64,000 bases of DNA from Macrostomum hystrix (taxonomy: Eukaryota > Animalia > Platyhelminthes), in assembly GCA_950097015.1 (NCBI GenBank), contig CATNEN010000001.1, forward strand, positions 6,510,001 to 6,574,000, given 5' to 3'. Positions 57,901 through 64,000 of the stretch are shown in pieces. The notes below the pieces were generated by a model. It was not told where the DNA came from and ran no database searches. It worked only from the letters and a program-made list of their open reading frames with translations. Position 1 is the stretch's first letter. Each line of letters begins with the position of its first letter. Position numbers and translations under genes: made by a program.

Positions 57901-60900
57901 TAAGGGATGATTTGTTTTTCTGCTTTCTGTTTACTAAATCCTTATTCACCACTTTGGATAGGCTATTCACCTATTTGGATAGGCTATTCACCCATTTTGA
58001 TAGGCAATTCACCTATTTTGAAAGGCTATTCACCTATTTTGAAAGGCTATTCACCTATTTTGATAAGCAATTCACCTATTTGGATAGGCTATTCACCTAT
58101 TTTGATAAGCAATTCACCAATTTGGATAGGCTATTCACCTATTTTGAAAGGCTATTCACCTTTTTTGATAGCCTATTCACCTATTTTGAAAGGCTATTCA
58201 CCTATTTTGAAAGGCAATTCACCAATTTGAATAGGCTATTCACAAATTTCGGATAGCCTAATCACTAACTCGAATAGCCTCTTCACCAACTCGGATAGGC
58301 TTATTCACCAATTTGGATAGGCTGCTCACCAATCAGAATTGCCCATTCACCAATAAGAATTGCCCATTCACCAATAAGAATTGCCCATTCACCAATAAGA
58401 ATTGCCCATTCACCAATCCAAACAGACAATCAATGCAGCCTTGTGGAATCAGGCGCCGGCCCCAGCATTGTCTTCCTCTGCAGGGCCAAGTCGAAGGATC
58501 TTCAACAGACGGCCATAGACTGTCTTCGAGTGCTTGTCGACGGCAATCCTTCCACGCAGCGTTCGTTGCTAAGCGACGGCGCGGTCCTGCCCCTGCTGGC
58601 GCATTTGAAGCGGGCTAGATCGCAGGAGAACCAAGCTGTCAGCGCGTTGGCCATCTGGAGCCTGGCCGGAGCTGACCCGGTGGAGAGACGAACCATGGCA
58701 ACAATGATCGGCATACAGACACTGCTGGACTTCATACAGGTGAGTCGGCAGTCATTCATTGAGACACCTGAGGATACTGAGATCCCAGAAATTCCATTGA
58801 GTATTCTGAGATCCCAAAGTGAGGATTATTTTATGTCAAATGTACTTTAAAAGCGTCTTTATTTTTATTTGCGATTAGTCGATGACGAGGGGTCCGGATA
58901 ATTTAGAGAGAACACCTGTTAGAAACACAGAGAACACCTGTTAGAAACACAGGGAACACCTGTTAGACAGAGAATACCTGTTAGACAGAGAACACCTGTT
59001 AGAAACACAGTGAACACCTGTTAAAAACACAGAGAACACCTGTTAGAAACACAGTGAACACCTGTTAGACAGAGAACACCTGTTAGACAGAGAACACCTG
59101 TTAGAAGCACAGGGAACACCTGTTAGACAGAGAACACCTGTTAGACAGGGAACACCTGTTAGAAACACAGTAAACACCTGTTAGAAACACAGGGAACACC
59201 TGTTAGAAACACAGTAAACACCTGTTAGACAGGGAACACCTGTTAGAAACACAGAAAACACCTGTTAGACAGGGAACACCTGTTAGAAACACAGTGAACA
59301 CCTGTTAGAAACACAGGGAACACCTGTAAGACACAGAGTACACAGTTTAGACACAAAAAACACTATTAAGACACGGAGAATAATGTTAGAGATAAACACA
59401 CGAGACAATCTCACAATTATTCCGCTTTAACAAGCTCTGACAACTGTGCTTTCAGATCAAATACCAACCTGCTTACATAGCCAATCAGCAAGCGCAAGTG
59501 AAAGCTCAAGCTGTTAACAAAATTGGAACAGCTTTCGGAGCTAATCAATCTATTAAGAATCCATTGTCTGTCACAGTCTATAGACGACTGTCTGATCAAC
59601 TGCCATTGGTGTACAATGTCGTTGATGAATATGTAAATTAGTCGATATCCATGATTAGTTTATATAGTTGTCTTAAGTATTACTAAACTTTCATTACGTT
59701 TCTGTGGGTCCCTTTTGTATATTTAGACGCAAAAAACTTAATAAAAACTATTTCTACTACATTTCTTTCGTTTATTATTTTCTGTCGATAGATTTAAATG
59801 CATGCCATACTACTTCAAGTAAATACGTCTTAAACTTATTCGTCTATGGTCGAACATAAACTAAATGTCGATTCAAATTAACAAAATAATTTTTTTGTTC
59901 TCGTCGTTGACGTCATAGTTTAAAATTCCTTGTCTTTTCTACAAATAAGCTCAACTTGTACAAATAGTTATTAACAATCATCGAAATTTTAGACGAAATA
60001 TGTCGTTTGGACTACTATATAAAACATTGTAAGTAGTATACTGACTTGACATTTCAGCAGTCATATAAATCACAAAAATGATAAAAAGGAACACATTGAT
60101 AAGATTTTTACAGACTATTTACAGAATCGGACGCTTAAACTGAATGTATTTTTGCTTGTTAGAAAAATAGAATCACAAATGGCTATCTGATTAAATAGAA
60201 TAAAGGCGTTGAATTAGTTTAACCTGAAGCGAATATTTTTCAGTGGGGCACAGTTATCGATTTCTGATTTGCATTTTTATGCACACTTTGCATGCACGAT
60301 GACATTGTTGTAAGATTTTCTTTTACTCTTCTAGTAAAATCATTTTTTCTATTTACTACAGATTTTATTCATAATTTAAAATTGTGATTGTGATTGGAAT
60401 TTTTATTCTCAGTTGCTTACTACACTACTACTTTCGGACTATTCAAGTAGGTTGGTAACGAATATTAGGACTAAAAATAGGTTGTAAAGAAAAAAGTGAT
60501 GCAATAAAGTATGTTTATTTACTTCTTTCTAGACAACATCTGAGCAGCTGCACCTCATCGCTGCCGACGCTTTGTCAGTGCTGGCCGAAGGTCCAGTCTC
60601 TCAGCGAGTTCGCATCGCCGATATGAACGGAATCTCCGCTTTGGTGCGATTGCTGCGCTCGGATCGCGAAAAAATTGTTGCCTGCGCGGTGCGAGCTCTG
60701 CGTCATCTCTGCGTTGGAGTCGGTAATACGCCAAATCCGAAGGTCCAGGTAAGACTATAATACCTTTTATAAATGAGCTAAAATATACCATAATGAGTAA
60801 AAGATATCACAATATTATTTTGGTTATTGCCTAATGGTTAGAGCGTCTGTCGGACCTACGATTTGAGGGTCGGAGGTTCGATTCCAGACTCAATGTATCC

Positions 60901-63074
60901 TTTAGCTAGACACTCAACTATGCATTGCTTCAGTTCACCCAGCTGTTTTAAATGGGAAACAGAATCAGCTGAGGGTAATTGAGGATGGGTGTGGACTGAC
61001 TGATGGACTGAACAGGCGAATGCAGCCTTCGGCCACATTATTAAATCTCGCTATTAAATATTATAAAATCAAGTTCCATATTAAAAACTCTTAGAATCGC
61101 GTTGTGGAAGCTCGCGGCTTGAAGTTCCTCATCGCTCTGATGGTCCACGCCCGCGATGAATCAATTCAAATGGAGGCCGCTCTGGCCGCTTCATCTGTTG
61201 TCATGGGCAACCAGGAGGCGGCGGAGAATCTGCACTCCAGCCCTGAATTCTCCTACATCGGTCCGCTTCGTTGTCTGTACTCGGAGGAGCGCAAAGTTCG
61301 CCAGTTGGCTGCCACCGCACTAGCCGGCTTCGCCTACAACAATGTACGGGAACAGAAAAAAATAGCCGGCTTAGGCGGAGTGAAGTATGCGAATTTCTTG
61401 GAATTTCTACAGTCACCAGACGAAATCGAAAGAGCTCTGTCGGCTTATCAGGTCTGTTAAAGGACAACGCTAAACAAGCAGTGTTTTTTTACGCAAAAAC
61501 GATCATTAAATCAGCAACTGAGTGTTATTTAAACGGCCCTTTTCGGAACCAACCCGTGATAATAAAACAGCCCTTCAATAGAACCAATCAGTATTATTTA
61601 AATAGCCCTTAAAGGCACCAATCAGAACTATAAAAACTACAGTACTAAAAACGGCCCGTTCAGGAACCAAGTATATTGCCTTCAAAACGGCCCTTTTAAG
61701 AACTAACAGGATTACTAAAACGGCCCATTTAAAGAACAATCATATTTTTTAGCATCCCTTTAGGGAAAAAATACGTTTTTTAAAACGCATTGAGTTAAAA
61801 CTCTTGACCACTTAAATTCAAAGCAGATTTTAACCAAGCTTTTAGTTTTTCGCTTTTTCTTCTAACTACTTCGCCAGACGATTATCCTGGCGCGAATCAT
61901 CCCGGATGAGGATCAATCACTGTCGTCGGCTCGCGGAATCAAGATTCTGTACGACCTATTGACTCAGTCGAAGTCAGCACCGACCCAGTGGCTCGTTGCC
62001 GATTTGATTGCCTGCTTGGCTCATTCTAGGGCTGGTTTGCCGCAGGTATTACTAACAGATTACCAGATTACATGACCAGAATGTCTAGCATATGATCAGA
62101 ATACCTAGCTCATGACTAAAACATTGACCATATGATCAGCGTGCTCCCCAACCCACCAAACAGGCCCTCATCGGTATCGGAGCAATCGACGGCCTAGCCA
62201 CACTAATCCAATCGCCCTTGGAGAGTGTCCGCGGCAGCGCCTCAGTGGCCCTGGGCTATCTGTCACACGAGCCATCTGGAAGGCGCCTGATACTCAGCAT
62301 GTGCAGAAGAGATCCATTCGTGATGAAGTCGATTCTGTTCTACTCAAAAGACTGTTTGGCGCCGCAGTTCACGGAGGGCTGGCATCACTACCAGCGGGTC
62401 GGACTGCCGCCTATTCGGTGAGAGCTCTCAAATATTTTCATCTCACTCATTTCATTTCATCAGTGATTCGATCCATCAACATCTACTCAATCTACATCTA
62501 CTCAATCTGCATCTACTCAATCAACATCTCAGCTACTCAATCTACATCTCAGCTACTCAATCTACATCTCAGCTACTCAATCTACATCTCACCTACTCAA
62601 TCTACACATCACCTACTCAATCTGCATCTCACCTACTCAATCTGCATCTCACCTACTCAATCTACACCTCACTTATTTAATCTTAATGTCAGCTACTCAA
62701 TTTAGATCTCACATTACCCCCTGAAACATTTGAGCAGGCCAGGCAGGCCCCAGCTAGTCTCCAAGCGGACCATAGACTATCGCGCCGAGCACGAGCCAAC
62801 AATGGTCACCCTAGTCGATTGCGCTGCGCCGCCGCTCACTCCGGCGCCAAGTCGGCGAGGTCGTCGTCGACGTCCCGGCGTGGATCAGGACTTGGACGTC
62901 TCCGAAGAGGACTACGACGAAGAAGTTGACGATGGATCCGCCGCAGCCGCCGCCGCCGCTGTTCAAGGAGATGTAGACAGTTCCGATCTGCAGCAACAGC
63001 AGCAGCAGCAGCAGGAAGAGCGCCCATTGTCACGTGGTGCGTCGACTGGCAGTGACTTTTCTACTGTGGTCTAA
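54927..63074 (+). CDS. Ankyrin and armadillo repeat protein (ANKAR-like), 923 aa
   Basis: Exons 54927-54970, 55067-55553, 56440-56874, 57740-57899, 58426-58739, 60533-60748, 61095-61451, 61878-62045, 62164-62417, 62738-63074 (2772 nt, phases consistent). Ankyrin repeats (GWALIH, YTALLVA, GLNAVELA) are followed by ARM repeats with ANKAR-like motifs SAYQTIILARII and VRGSASVALGYL. First exon less certain. Confidence 0.85.
55640..56392. repeat. 20-bp polypurine minisatellite (GGGAAGATGAGGAGGGAGAG)n
   Basis: Direct inspection; ANKAR-like intron 2. Confidence 0.96.
56940..57690. repeat. 14-bp polypyrimidine minisatellite (CTCTCTCCTCTGTC)n
   Basis: Direct inspection; ANKAR-like intron 3. Confidence 0.96.
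57943..58417. repeat. 21-bp minisatellite (GGCTATTCACCTATTTTGAAA)n grading into (GCCCATTCACCAATAAGAATT)n
   Basis: Direct inspection; ANKAR-like intron 4. Confidence 0.92.
58905..59335. repeat. 17-22-bp minisatellite with core GAACACCTGTTAGA
   Basis: Direct inspection; ANKAR-like intron 5. Confidence 0.92.
60826..61040 (+). mobile_element. tRNA-derived SINE (copy D)
   Basis: GCCTAATGGTTAGAGCGTC, GGTTCGATTCC, GCATTGCTTCAGTTCACCCAGCTG..TAAATGGG, GGACTGAACAG. Confidence 0.8.
62473..62700. repeat. 15/20-bp repeat (TACTCAATCTACATCTCAGC)n
   Basis: Direct inspection; last ANKAR-like intron. Confidence 0.9.
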
Positions 63075-63639
63075 CACGATCCATAAAAAAATTTACTGAC
63101 AATTTTTTCATTTATACGCATCATATTTTTTAGTATTTTATATTTTAATTTCGACTGACGGTAAATCAAAAGAAGAATTTGTTTTTACAACTGAATAAGA
63201 ATCGAATTATTAATTATTTTTATCCTTCACAGCTGGGTATAAAGTTTAACAACACACTTTATCGTCAGAACAATTTTTTCCGAAAGGTCACTCCTGCATT
63301 GTACCAATAAATATATCTTTTTGAAATGATATTGACTTTTTGTGATAATACATCCTATTTTTACTCCAATCTGCCTGTTTTAATTTGTCGTTTTTGTCAT
63401 GACAAAATTTAGTAAAATCTACTAAATAAATATTCACACTATCTGTGCTCTTCCCTTTGTGTATTGAACTCTGAGAATATAGAATTAATGAGTTTTAATG
63501 TTCATATTGACGCGAGACATTCTTTTCTATAAACTTGTTGAAATGGTTACTTTAAATGTTGATTTATTTGTTTTATTCAGCTCCTAGCCTAGCGGTTGGA
63601 GCATCGAACTTTTGACAAATAAGAGATCAACTTTAGTTA

Positions 63640-63890
63640 TCGTAGCCAATCAATGCATAGCAATACAATTTTATGCCATTCAGCCAATCAGTAACGAGCA
63701 ATATCTTCTATAGGCAAGCAGTGACGAGCGATGTCTTCTCTAGCCAATCAGTGACGAGCAATATATTGTCTATCCATAATTAACGAGCAATATCTTCTCC
63801 ATCCAATCAGTGACAATCTATATATTATCTAGCCAATCATTGAAGATCAATCTTTTTTCTAGCCAACCAGCGAAGAAAAACTTTTATAGC
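63640..63890. repeat. Degenerate ~30-bp repeat (AGCCAATCAGTGACGAGCAATATCTTCTCT)n
   Basis: About eight diverged units, several with CCAAT. Confidence 0.75.
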
Positions 63891-64000
63891 CTAATATAAT
63901 CTTTTTAGATAGTTTGTGAGAAGCAATAAATTTTTATTTTACTTAGAAGTAATTAATCAGAGCTCTTTTTTCTATCAGCAAAGGCTGAAAGCATTCGTAT

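Noticed and set aside
55545-57910. Pro/Ser/Leu-rich long ORFs
   Set aside because: Polypurine/polypyrimidine satellites lack stop codons; the real exons are delimited by splice sites.
59690-60150. Possible decayed foldback element
   Set aside because: Only short scattered inverted matches (ATACTACTTCAA/TTGTAAGTAGTAT; TCGTCTA/TAGACGA); ends and TSD cannot be defined.

Overview
Eukaryotic (metazoan) genomic DNA with GT-AG introns, GC-rich exons and AT-rich introns, most of them filled by a different minisatellite. The style suggests a ciliated invertebrate such as a free-living flatworm (unverified inference). Five spliced host genes can be rebuilt with consistent exon phases: the 5' part (1584 codons) of an axonemal dynein heavy chain (-), an SCCPDH oxidoreductase (+), a highly divergent SLC6/NSS-fold membrane protein lacking the Na+/substrate motifs (+), a 340-aa orphan (-), and an N-terminally shortened ANKAR-like gene with an RFX X-box (+). 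There are two intact, apparently very young Ty3/Gypsy LTR elements. One is Mag-like with a non-CA right end. The other has a C_CCA_AAC slippery site plus H-type pseudoknot, a PBS copy inside U5 and a dUTPase-like insert. Also present are a Merlin deletion derivative, MITEs, a truncated retroposon, a tRNA-derived SINE family, and two copies of a minisatellite-bearing element with a Helitron-type 3' end. Most long ORFs in the supplied track are satellite artefacts. All coordinates were read by eye.
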